DNA of 64,000 nt from assembly GCF_020745735.1 (NCBI RefSeq), contig NC_083410.1, positions 44,366,117 to 44,430,116 on the forward strand, written 5' to 3'. The translations under genes and the position numbers were made by a program. Every line of letters starts with the position of its first letter. The stretch's first letter is position 1. Source of the stretch: Hemiscyllium ocellatum (Eukaryota). This document shows, piece after piece, positions 26,185 through 37,429 of the stretch. The notes beneath the pieces were generated by a model that did no database searches, was not told the origin of the DNA, and saw nothing but the letters and a program-made list of their open reading frames with translations.

Positions 26185-26918
26185 CATTGCTCACTTACCA
26201 GCTTGGGCTGATAAGTGGCAAGTAACATTTGCAATATTCAACTGCCAGGTAACCAGAAAGAATCTAATTGTCTCCCCTTGTTCACTGGCATTACCATCAC
26301 TGAATCTCCCATTACCCACATCATTGATAGGAAACAGACTTGGACCAGCCTTATAAATGTTGTGGTGACAAGAGCAGCTTAGAGGCAAGGAACTCTGTTG
26401 CAAGTAACCACCTTCTGAGATTCCAATGCTTGTCCATCATCTCCAAGGCACATGGAGTGTAATGAAATGCTCTGTACTTGCCTGGACAGCTTTGTGTAGT
26501 TTCATCTACACTCAAAACTCTTGACACAAACCAGGACAAGTAGCCCATTTGATTGGCACCCCATCCACAACCTTCAATATTCACTCCTTTCACCACCTAT
26601 TCAGAGTAGCTGCAGTGTGCTCCATCTCATCAAGAGTCCTCCAACAGCACCTTCCAAACCCATGACCTCTACCACCTAGGTGCACAAGGGAAGCAAATGC
26701 ATGAGAACGCCATCACCTGAAAATTCACTTTGTGCCACAAAATCATTCTGACTCGGAACTATATCACCATGTCACTGAGTCAAGATACTGGAAGTCACTT
26801 CCTAACAGCATTGTGTGTGATTCTACTCCCAAAGAACAGCAGCTGTTCAAGAAGGAAGCTCATAACCACTTTTACAAGGACAGTCAGGGATGCTAGCCTA
26901 GATAGTGACACCCACTGT
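26185..26918 (+). mobile_element. CR1/L2-group LINE family B, 3' end
   Basis: gcttgggctgataagtggcaagtaacatt ... agggatgctagcctagatagtgacacccac 3' terminus; collinear with the other family-B copies. Confidence 0.8.
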
Positions 26919-28859
26919 GGAAAAGTAGCAGTAAAAATGGTGCCAGTGTAACTAATGCCTGATTTGCCACTTCTAAAAGCAGCTTCAGTGACTTTCTTTT
27001 GTCAGACTTGTTAATGATACTCCAGTTTCAATGCCTTTCATCGTTCTTGTTGTCTCAGAGCAAAGAATATAGAGTCACATGGAATCACAGTCCTCTGACT
27101 ATTCCAGCAACTCTTTCAAGCCTTCTAGAGGGATTAGGGGAGTATCATATGTGACTGCTTTTGAAGATGTAGCTTCTGGAGTTCAGTGTGAACAGGAGTG
27201 GGTCACTTAAATAATTGAACTATTCTGACATAGAATCCAAAACTGGTAGCAATTCAGATCATATGTTTGCAAATGGAGAATTTTTATTATCATTCAGCAC
27301 ATTGGCACAGAAAGGATGTTTCACTGCATTTGCCTTATTTATTGTAGTCAAAGCCTTACCAACAGATATATCTGGGATTCTGACTGACTGGCTGTAGATT
27401 AATGGCAATATTAGCTGTGAAATTATTGCCATCTCAATGAAATAAGAGTCTACAGAAAGGATCCACAATCCCCAAAAATGGACAACTCATGTTCCCAGTG
27501 AGGCTTGTGAGAGGATCAATGCAACTTGGTCGACCAACCTCATTCACATAATACCACAAGCTGTGACTGCAGTGACAGGTGCGGTAGCAAGATCCACTGT
27601 CTGAGAGGTGAACTGAGGTGTTTAGTCCAGGATTTGAGAAAGGCATACAATCAGGAGAGACAGGCAGCTGCTCTAAATCTTAGTAATGATATGCCTGTTT
27701 CTCCTGGCACCAGTTTAAGGTGTTTTCATTTAAATGTATGTTTCAGTAGCAGTTTCCAGTAACTCCTTTAAGAACCTCTGGTTGAACTGCATATAGCCCC
27801 AGGTTTTAAAAGCAGCAGGCCCAACTTCTGATGCATTCATTAAACTGATTTCTAACTTAGGCCCAGTGTAATTATCTAGGATCAGTTAGAATGATTGACC
27901 TAAGTCAATGCCAGCTTTTCAGACAATTGTCACAACACTTTCCTCCTGAGAGAATTCAGTGAAGACAGTGGAATAGCACCAGCTGCTGACTCCATTGGGG
28001 CAGCACTAACTGTAACAGTGCAGAACCAGGTCACAGTGTTCCATGCAAGCCTCAATATTAGAAATAATGTATGCATTTAACATATGACAGTCACCCCACG
28101 CTCTCAATGTTCTACTAGCTACATAACAATGCTCTTCTTAATCTGGCTTGCACATTCTGGATTAGTCTTTGGGTACGATCTGAGCATGTCACAGACAGGG
28201 GTCCAAGGCTGGTGGAGGAAGCCAAAGTGTCTGACCCTTGGAAGATTGCTGAAGATCAGGCCTTTGCTCTGTCTCATGCTGCTGGCGAACCTCTGTAATC
28301 AACCGGAAGGCACATGTTGGAGTTGCAAGACAGACAATGGGAACATCAGGCAGAGCTGCCACAGGCTGTGAGTAGACTATAGAGTAGGTTAGAGGAGTCC
28401 ATCCAAAGTCAGTAGTAGCTTAGGAATGTGAGGGTTTTGTTGTTTCCAGGGAAAGGTTGGCAGACGCCCTATGGACTCTGGCCCAACAGAACACTCAATT
28501 GTTTCTAGATATGCACTCAGACCTGCTCTCCTCTACTGTAGCCACACTGTCAATTAATGGTTAGCAAAGAATGAAGCACTTCAATCACTTTTCCGATGCC
28601 CCTTCACCACAATGAGTGCAGGAGCTGCCATCAATCACTCACAGGAAGAAGGAGTGCCAGCCAGGTACCCTAACAGGTTCATCTCAGAACACTGTGCAGT
28701 TGCTCTATGGCTCAGCTTTCCTTCTGCCAGAGACTCCATTGCTTCTAGCAGATCAATTCAAGAAAGTTGCATCTGCTCCTGTTTATGACCCTCTCAGCAG
28801 GATGGAGTCTTCCATACCCTGAGCCCCCTGAGGATGCCTGACAAAGTCATTTATGCAAC

Positions 28860-29290
28860 AAGGGGCAAACTATCCATTGGTTGGTGTCATATCTGACACA
28901 AAGGAAGATGGATGTAGTTGTTGAAAGTCAGTTATCTCATCCAGGACATCTCTACAGGGGCTCCTCAAGTTAATATCCTAGGCCCAATCATCTTCAGCTG
29001 TTTCATCAATGATCTTCCCTCCATCATAAAGTCAGAAGTCGGCACATTCGCTGATGATTGTACAATGTTTCACATCATTTGCAAGTCCTCACTTACTGAA
29101 GCAGTCCATTTCCAAATGATTTCCTGAAGAAGGGCTCATGCCCAAAACGTCAATTCTCCTGCTCTTTGGATCTGCCTGACCTGCTGTGCTTTTCCAGCAA
29201 CACATTTTCAGCCCATTTCCAAATGCAGCAAACCTGGACAATATCCAAGTGTGAGCTGAGAGGTGGCAAGTCACATTCATGTCAAACAAG
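28860..29290 (+). mobile_element. Family-B LINE RT fragment (continues near 30230)
   Basis: GAPQVNILGPIIFSCFINDLPSIIKSEVGTFADDCTMF RT motifs; interrupted by a PLE at 29119 and a CR1 at 29350. Confidence 0.85.
29119..29212 (+). mobile_element. Short Penelope-like pLTR insertion beginning at a hammerhead core
   Basis: CTGAAGA(29124-29130)-AGGGC-TCAT-GCCC-AAAAC-GTC; perfect 13-bp TSD CCATTTCCAAATG 29106-29118 / 29213-29225. Confidence 0.85.
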
Positions 29291-29349
29291 TGACATTTTT
29301 ACAACTGAGAATATAGTTAGCACTAAATATATATGAATATACAAATATA

Positions 29350-30227
29350 GTTATCACACTAAAATGAGTGGTAAAGCAAAGTGTACAGAGGACACTGAAA
29401 GTCTGCAGAGGGATATAAACAGGTTTTGTGAGTGCAAGGATCTGGCAGATGGAGTACAATGTTGGTAAATGTGAGGTCATCCATTTTGGAAGGAATACCA
29501 GCAAAATGGACTCTTATTTAAATGGTGAAAAATTGCAGCGTGCTGCTGTACAGAGTGACCTGAGTATGCTTGCCCATGAATCATAAAAAGTTGGTTTGCA
29601 GGTGCAGTGGGTAATTAAGAAGCTAAATGGAATATTGTCCTTCATGCAGTTTAAAATAGGAAAGTTATGCTGCAGCTGTATAGGGTACTGGTGAGGCCAC
29701 ACCTAGAGTACTGCATACAGTTTTTATCTCCCTACTTGAGAAAGGATGTACTGGCACTGGAGGAAGTACAGAGGAGGGTCACTCGGTTGATTCCAGAATT
29801 GAGAAGGTTGCCGTATGAGGAAAGACTGAGTAGACTGGGACTGTACTCACTAGAATTTAGAACAATAAAGGGAGATCATATAGAAACCAATAAAATTATG
29901 AGGGCAATAAATAGTATAAAAACAAGGAGTTGGTTCCATTGGTGGACAAAACTAGAACTAAAATGCGTAGCCTCAATAAAGGGGAAGCAGATTTAGAACT
30001 GAGTGAGGAGGAACTTCTTCACCCAAAGGGTTGTGAAGCAGTTGAGGCTACTTTGTTGAATTTACTTAAGGCAAAGACAGATAGACGTTTGAGCAGTAAA
30101 GGAATGAAGGGTTATGGCAAGCAATTGGATATGTGGAGCTGAGTCCATGAAAAGATGAATGGCAGATCAGGCTCAATGGGCCAGATGGCCTGCCTTTGCT
30201 CCTTTTTTTTTAATGTTGTTATGTTCT
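29350..30227 (+). mobile_element. 5'-truncated CR1 LINE
   Basis: MLQLYRVLVRPHLEYCIQFLSPYLRKDVLALEEVQRRVTRLIPEL; CR1 3'UTR ending ttatgttc. Confidence 0.9.
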
Positions 30228-30277
30228 CCTTAATATTCAATGGCATGACCTTCATCAATTTCAGCTGGATCATTGAC

Positions 30278-30445
30278 AAAACAAAGAAGAACTTCAGGTG
30301 CTGGAAATTTTAAGTAAATGCAGAAATTATTGGAGAAACTCAGCAGATCTGGCAGCATCTGTGGAGAGAAAGCAAATTAACCTAGAGAAGGTTCTGAAGA
30401 AAGTTCACGGGATGTGAAACATTAACTCTGCTTTCTATCCGTAAA
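30278..30445 (-). mobile_element. Palindromic Penelope-like pLTR insertion
   Basis: Long minus arm plus a short plus arm starting gtt-CTGAAGA(30394-30400)...GAAAC-ATT-aac. Confidence 0.72.
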
Positions 30446-30999
30446 TTCTTTTTGACCGTGATCTGAATCTGTGGACAGCAGTTGTTCCAACTCTATGCTG
30501 GCCTCCTCAGTGTTCTTAGTATGACATGAGCGCATTTTCTTTCTCAATCTACCAACAAGTCCATACAAAAAGTGGAGCTGGTTTACTCCAACTTATTCAC
30601 TTGGTTGAATGCATTAATTCACCCACACTGATCGCATTGTTGATCAAATATAATAAGTGCACTTCCTCAATTTTCCTACTTAAGGATTTTATTTCCTTGA
30701 CATGATCTCAATTATTGGATCTTAAGATTCCTGGGAACGTACAGGAATAAAATATGCTGCTTGAATTTACGTCTTCTCAGTGCTGGTCATCAAACTTAAG
30801 TCTTTCATTATTGTTTTTTGAAGGACAGAAGGTGCACGAATCTTTATTCAAATTTTCCAGCACCAGGAAGAAAGGAAACACCCAAGTGGTCAGTGACAAG
30901 CAGTGCCCTTCACATCAAAGGGCAATGCTGTGTGATCAAACAGTGAAGGGGAGGGCAGGAAGTCTTTCATTATTATTTGTTTACCTTGTTGTAGTCTGA

Positions 31000-32780
31000 A
31001 TTACAACTATAAAGATGCATTAATTGGTTCAAGTGGAGTTTGCTGTGCAACAGTTATCTGTTTGATGCAAGCATTTATTCTGAGTCTTATGATCTGAACT
31101 CTTTCCAGTGTTGTTAACAATGTAAAACTCTTCTGCCAACCCCGCATAGTCACAGTATATACTGACATACAGTCTTTCTGACAGTATGAAACAGGTTCTT
31201 TTGCCAATATAGTTAATCTCATTGGATTCTACATTTTGGTTGGGTTCAGCTGCAAGCCTAGGAAGCCCTATGAATCTTTTACCAATTGTTCAGGAAGGAA
31301 ATTTCTTTGACCTATTTTTGCCTGATTGGCTCATCCTTGACCAGTTAATCAAAACATTGGTAATTTCTTCCTTCTGCCATTTGGATATGATTCAGGTGAA
31401 AACACAAATCCATGTTCAAAAATGTAAGTTATGCTTGTAATTTAACTTTAGACTTAAGTGCTATACATACTGAACAATGTTATTGCACTGCTATAGGTTA
31501 TAAACTATATTTGTTCAAACACAATCTGATAATATACTGACATTCACCCCTGTATTGACATTAAAATTAAAATCATAAGATATCCATCAACATAAATATC
31601 CTCTTCGCCAAAAAGCCAGATCTGCTTCATATGTTCCCATTTGGAATGCCTTTGGCTTAATATCTGTTGTAGGCTGTTCTTACTTATGGACTTCTTTGTA
31701 AGTGGCTATTTGTCTTCATGCTGCTTTATGTCCTACTTTAGCACATTTTATCAAAGTTTCATATTATTTTACAGTAATAGCATTTTTTATTTGTTGCTGG
31801 GCACTTCTTGTATCCATGAAGTTTCTTTGCTTCACAATGCTGATTTTAGTGACTGGTATCTATCTTATTCTATAATTTGCTTCAGGTGTACATCTTTAGT
31901 AGTTTTATATCCTGAGAACTGAAGTATCTGTTGTTTCTTTAATAGCTTGGCAAGTATTAATGTCAACTATACTTCAAAGCAAATACAAGCATGTATTTAC
32001 ATGTTCAGCTTCTGCCTTAGTACAGTCAGTTCATCTATAACGCGATGGTTGTGATCTTGTGCAACTCCATGTTGCAATGTTGTCACTGTAATTGCATTAC
32101 AGCCAACAGATGTTTGAAAAGTTTGTGCTTCAGAAACAGCATCCCCAATTCATCAATTGCGTTACAGCAAATTCACATTGATGCAATGCACATTATAATA
32201 GAACGAGCTGTATCTAGTTTGGAAGAAATTCCATGTCTTAAAATTATTCCTCCAAGATATCAAATTAATTCTGCAACGGAGCAATGCTTATGCTGTATAC
32301 TCTTATGCATGCACTTGTGCGGCCAGCATTGCTGATTCCTGCCTTTTATGAGCATAATGGTCATTCCTATCCTTTCTATATCTTCTGTCAATGAATTCCT
32401 CTAATCATGTCCTTAATAAATGCTTCCCACCTTCTTAACAGCATAACTGAGCTAATTCCATTACCTGTTGCTTTACCAAATGATTTCCATGCTTTTAATG
32501 GCTTTACGGGATGAAACCTGCTCTTCCAAGCTTTTTTTCCTGGATGATTCCCACTTTCTATGGTGTTACCTATTATCCGTATTGCTTCATTTTTGTTTTA
32601 TTCCTGGATGAATGTTGTAGTCGGTGCTTTGAACAAACTCTTCCTATCTTTATCACAATTTAACTAACAGATCTCTTGTAATTTCTGTGACCTCAATTAT
32701 TTCCCAATTTTCTTCTTCCATTAGATTTTGTCTCCTTAGGCTTCTAATTAGATGACCATGTTCTAAATTGTTTCTGTGAC
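31000..32780 (-). mobile_element. Very decayed non-LTR retrotransposon remnant (clade uncertain)
   Basis: Minus-strand fragments ..DYAG..LTTLERVQIIRLRI, YVDG at the YADD-like position and a LTLILAKLL-like motif, in RT order. Confidence 0.4.
32023..32210. mobile_element. Tc1/mariner-pogo(Tigger)-type MITE
   Basis: Imperfect TIRs CAGTCAGTTCATCTATAACG / CATTATAATAGAACGAGCTG flanked by TA on both sides (32021-32022, 32211-32212). Confidence 0.72.
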
Positions 32781-32809
32781 CCTTGATCTCCTTTATTGTA
32801 ATTGTATGA

Positions 32810-33010
32810 AGGCTGTAGAGGCTGGGTCATTAAGCATATTCAAGGCTGAAATAGACAGATGTTTAATGAGTAAGGGAATCAGAGGTTATGGGGATAAGAC
32901 AGAAAAGTGGAGTTGAAGATTATCAGATCAGCCATGTTTCATTGAATGACAGAGTAGATTTGATGAGTCAAAGGTCCATCTTCTGCACCTATACTTTATT
33001 GCATTATGGT
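32810..33010 (+). mobile_element. CR1 3' terminal fragment
   Basis: ggctgtagaggctgggtcattaagcatattcaaggctgaaatagacagat..gggaatcagaggttatgggg, CR1 ORF2 end and UTR. Confidence 0.75.
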
Positions 33011-33561
33011 GCCTCCTGGCACCCAATTGTCAAGGCAAGAATGCTCAGACTGAGTTATAAGCAGATCATGTATTGCTGGACTTTACAGCCTGAGAACTAC
33101 ACCCCTTTGAAAATTGCCCCTTCCCACCAGGGATTTCACCTCTACTCAAGTAGCCTTTAACTTCTGTTCACTCTCCAGCTGAACCTTGACTTGAGGGCAC
33201 TCCTACAGATCATCACCAACCGATGCAACCTGTAACTGTCTCGAGTTCCAACTTCAGAGGGCAGGTTTACCATCCAATCAGGGACAGTGGATAGACAGTG
33301 AAAACTGGGCAGCCAATAGAATTTCTTTAAGCTTGAAAGCAGGATGCCCTGGAATGTATGTCAGAGAGAGAGGGAGAGTCAAAATAGAGGCACCTCCCTC
33401 CAATTTCTTTTACAAATTAAAGTAAAAATAGGATGCAGTGGCCAAACTGTCTTCAGGCAAGCAGTGGGGGGCATGCCTAGTTTGCCTGGAATATTGTACC
33501 TCCATGCCTTGCCTTCCCCATCATACCAAAGGGGTTTTCCCCTGGGAGGCCACTTCTAGAC

Positions 33562-33737
33562 AGGATGTGGAGGAGCCAGTGTTGGACAGGGGCGGACAAA
33601 GTTAAAAATCACAAAACACCAGCTTAGAGTCCACCAGGTTTATTTGGAACCACCTGAGAAAGAATAGGCACTCGGAAAGCTAATGCTTCCAAATAAATCT
33701 GTTGGACTCTAAGCTGGTTTTGTGTGATTTTTAATTT
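33562..33737 (-). mobile_element. Palindromic Penelope-like pLTR insertion (same family as 7047)
   Basis: About 50-bp inverted arms; plus arm starts ccac-CTGA(33654)..GAAAGCTA (decayed core). Confidence 0.72.
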
Positions 33738-34169
33738 CCAGGAAGTAACCTGGAATGTCCCCTTACAATAAGTTTCTTGTGGGTGAGTAGCCTAGCCTTT
33801 AACCTGATTCTGGGAAAATGGCCTTGAGTGCAATCCCAGAGAGGGATAAAAGTCCTATCCTTGATTTTCGTCATGGTGTCATGTGCAGTAATAGTCAACA
33901 ACGTAGAGGAGAACTCATACTTCCCAATCTAGGCATTTCCTACCATCACAAGCCCTAAGCTTCCTTTAAATATATTTTACATATAAATTCAATAGACTGC
34001 TTCAACAGTCTTCTTCTTAGTAATTCCTGGTGTTTCACCCTGTTCTCCCAACAAGGAAATATTAAGCCATTTATTCGGCTGGAATATAAATGGAACTTAT
34101 TCGAGCCAGTCAGGGGTTGGCAGGTCTTCATTGCTGGCAGCAACACCAGGAGCAGTGACTGCGGTGCTA

Positions 34170-36924
34170 AAACATAGAACATAGAACATAGAAAAATACA
34201 GCGCAGTACAGGCCCTTCGGCCCTCGATGTTGCGCCGACCAAAGCCTACCTAACCTACACTAGCCCAATAACCTCCATATGCTTATCCAATGCCCGCTTG
34301 AATGACCATAAAGAGGGAGAGTCCTCCACTGATACTGGCAGGGCATTCCATGAACTCACAACCCACTGAGTAAAGAATCTACCCCTAACATCTGTCCTAT
34401 ACCAACCTCCCCTTAATTTAAAGTTGTGTCCCCTAGTAACAGCTGACTCTATATGCGGAAAAAGGTTCTCACTGTCAACCCTATCTAAACCCCTAATCAT
34501 CTTGTACACCTCTATCAAATCTCCCCTAAACCTTCTTTTCTCCAATGAGAACAGCCCCAAGTGCCTCAGCCTTTCCTCATACAATCTTCCTACCATGCCA
34601 GGCAACATCCTGGTAAACCTCCTCTGCACTCGTTCCAATGCCTCCACATCCTTCCTATAGTATGGCGACCAAAACTGCACACAATACTCCAGATGAGGCC
34701 GCACCAGAGTCTTATACAACTGCAACATGACCTCAGGACTCCGGAACGCAATTCCTCTACCAATAAAGCCCAGTACGCCATATGCCTTCTTCACAGCACT
34801 ATTTACCTGGGTGGCAACTTTCAGAGATCTGTGTACATGGACACCAAGATTGCTCTGCTCATCCACACTACCAAGTAGCCTACCATTAGCCCAGTAATCC
34901 ATCTTCTTGTTACTCCTACCAAAGTGAATGACTTCACACTTAGCTACATTGAACTCCATTTGCCACCTTTCTGCCCATCTCTGCAACTTATCTATATCCC
35001 ACTGTAACCTGCCACATCCTTCTTCACTGTCCACAACTCCACCGACTTTTGTATCATCCGCAAACTTGCTCACCCAGCCTTCAAGCCCCTCCTCCAGGTC
35101 ATTTACAAAAATGACAAACAGCAATGGTCCCAAAACAGATCCTTGTGGCACACCGCTAGTAACGGCACTCCAAGATGAACCTTTACTATCAACTACTACC
35201 GTCTGCCTCCTTCCAGCCAGCCAATTCCTAATCCAAACCTCTAATGCACCCTCAATGCCATACCTCTGTAATCTTTGCAGTAGCCTACCATGGAGTACCT
35301 TATCGAACGCCTTGCTAAGATCCATATACACCTGGTCCACTTCCTTGGTCACCTTCTCAAAGAACTCAATAAGGTTTGTGAGGCACAACCTGCCCTTCAC
35401 AAAACCATGCTGACTATCCTTGATCACATTATTCCTATCCAGATGTTCATAAATCCTATCCCTTACAATTCTCCCTAAGACTTTGCCCACAACAGAAGTG
35501 AGACTCACTGGCCTATAGTTACTAGGGCTGTCCCTACTCCCCTTCTTGAACAAGGGGACCACATTCGCTATCCTCCAGTCTTCTGGCACTATTCCTGAAG
35601 ACAACGACGACATAAAAATCAAGCCCAATGGCTCCGCTATCTCCTCCCTAGCTTCCCAGAGGATCCTAGGATAAATGCCATCAGGCTCAGGGGACTTATC
35701 TATTTTCACCCTTTCCAGTATTCCCCGGACGTCTTCCCTACATACCTCAAAGCCATCCATTCTGATCACTTGTGACTCAATAATCACATCAGCAACAATG
35801 TCCCGTTCCTGAGTGAATACTGATGAAAAGTATTGATTTAGTGTCTCTCCAATCTCCTCTGCTTCCACGCACAACTTCCCACTACTATCCTTGACTGGAC
35901 CAATACCTACCCTAGTCATCCTTTTATTCCTGACATACCTATAGAAAGCCTCTGGGTTTTCCCTAATCCTACCAACCAAGGACTTTTCATGTCCCCTTCT
36001 CGCTGCTCTTAGCTCTCTCTTTAGATCCTTCCTGGCTACCTTATAACTCTCAATCGCCCCAACTGAAACTTCATGCCTCATCTTCACATAGGCCGCCCTC
36101 TTCCCTTTTACAAGGGATTCCAATTCCTTATTAAACCACGGCTCCCTCACAAGACCCTTTCTTCCCTGCCTGACTGGTACATACTTATCAAGGACACCCA
36201 ATAGCTGCTCCTTGAACAAGCTCCACATATCATTTGTGTCCTTCCCTTGAAGCCTATTTTTCCAATCCACACATCCTAAGTCATGCCTCACCGCATCATA
36301 ATTTCCCTGCCCCCAGCTATAACTCCTGCCCTGCAGTGCACACTTATCCCTCTCCATCACTAAAGTAAAAGTCACCGAATTGTGGTCACTGTCTCCGATG
36401 TGCTCACCTACCTCCAAGTCTAACACCTGGCCTGGTTCATTACCTAGAACCAAATCCAGTATGGCCTCACCTCTTGTTGGCCTGTCTACATATTTTGTCA
36501 GGAAACCCTCCTGCACACATTGGACAAACACCGACCCATCTAACGAACTCGAGTTATTGCTTTCCCAGTCAATATCTGGAAAGTTAAAGTCCCCCATAAC
36601 AACCACCCTACTACTTTCACTCTTCTCCTGAATCATCCTTGCAATACTTTCCTCTACATCTCTCGGACTATTAGGAGGTCTGTAGAAAACTCCTAACAGG
36701 GTGACTTCACCGTTCCTATTTCTAACCTCAGCCCAAACTACCTCAGATGGCAAGTCTTCCTCCATCGTCCTTTCCACCGCTGTAATACTATCCTTGACAA
36801 GCAATGCTACACCTCCCCCTCTTTTACCCCCACCTCTGACCCTACTAAAATATTTAAACTCTGGAACCTGCAATAGCCATTCCTGTCCCTGTTCTACCCA
36901 CGTCTCTGTAATGGCCACAAACAT
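34170..36924 (-). mobile_element. Young 5'-truncated CR1 LINE
   Basis: Uninterrupted ORF2, short 3'UTR, tail of (TTCTATG)3; AAACAT at both junctions (34170-34175, 36919-36924). Confidence 0.96.
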
Positions 36925-36939
36925 CTCAAAATTGGCCAA
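34255..36939 (-). CDS. CR1 ORF2 (APE endonuclease + reverse transcriptase), 894 codons, N-terminally truncated
   Basis: ITETW, YRPPN, GDFNFP, LDLVL, SDHN (EN); YRPVSLTS, QHGF, DLSKAFDKV, GVPQGSVLGP, KFADDTK (RT). The first few codons come from the flank. Confidence 0.93.
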   Translation of the reverse strand: MANFEMFVAITETWVEQGQEWLLQVPEFKYFSRVRGGGKRGGGVALLVKDSITAVERTMEEDLPSEVVWAEVRNRNGEVTLLGVFYRPPNSPRDVEESIARMIQEKSESSRVVVMGDFNFPDIDWESNNSSSLDGSVFVQCVQEGFLTKYVDRPTRGEAILDLVLGNEPGQVLDLEVGEHIGDSDHNSVTFTLVMERDKCALQGRSYSWGQGNYDAVRHDLGCVDWKNRLQGKDTNDMWSLFKEQLLGVLDKYVPVRQGRKGLVREPWFNKELESLVKGKRAAYVKMRHEVSVGAIESYKVARKDLKRELRAARRGHEKSLVGRIRENPEAFYRYVRNKRMTRVGIGPVKDSSGKLCVEAEEIGETLNQYFSSVFTQERDIVADVIIESQVIRMDGFEVCREDVRGILERVKIDKSPEPDGIYPRILWEAREEIAEPLGLIFMSSLSSGIVPEDWRIANVVPLFKKGSRDSPSNYRPVSLTSVVGKVLGRIVRDRIYEHLDRNNVIKDSQHGFVKGRLCLTNLIEFFEKVTKEVDQVYMDLSKAFDKVLHGRLLQRLQRYGIEGALEVWIRNWLAGRRQTVVVDSKGSSWSAVTSGVPQGSVLGPLLFVIFVNDLEEGLEGWVSKFADDTKVGGVVDSEEGCGRLQWDIDKLQRWAERWQMEFNVAKCEVIHFGRSNKKMDYWANGRLLGSVDEQSNLGVHVHRSLKVATQVNSAVKKAYGVLGFIGRGIAFRSPEVMLQLYKTLVRPHLEYCVQFWSPYYRKDVEALERVQRRFTRMLPGMVGRLYEERLRHLGLFSLEKRRFRGDLIEVYKMIRGLDRVDSENLFPHIESAVTRGHNFKLRGGWYRTDVRGRFFTQWVVSSWNALPVSVEDSPSLWSFKRALDKHMEVIGLV

Positions 36940-37429
36940 GGGTTGCCAAGGCCACAGGTAAGTGAAGGTGAGACGGGGATAATGGGCTGGGGTTGCAGGC
37001 TGGAGGTGATAGGAGTTACAGCTTTCTTCCCCCGCTTACCCTATGCCGAGTCCTTCAATCAGGCATCAGGTATTTTCAAGGGATGACTCCTCCTGGAAGG
37101 CTGCTGTTTCTGGTTTGTCCAGTTAACAAATCCACTGCTTGTTGAATGTGGCTCTGAAGCAGATAAGTAACATCTGAGCGGGGAGCCTGTCCACAAGCTG
37201 CCCCAGTCCATATCTTGTCTGTATTTTGTCCCATGATCAAGTGCTATTCCCACTTCCAAACACTCCTCCGAAGCAAGGGAAGAATTAAATTCTGCACTCA
37301 TTCCATTTCTAAACATTTTTATTCTTTCTTTTACGAACTGTGTCAACATAAAAGAAAGGCACTTGAGACTAATTTTTTTAATATGCCTGATAATTTAATT
37401 GTATTTTAATTAATTTCAGTGAGGACAAT

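Noticed and set aside
34424-36961. Several plus-strand ORFs (e.g. 34928-35413, 161 aa)
   Set aside because: Antisense shadows of CR1 ORF2.
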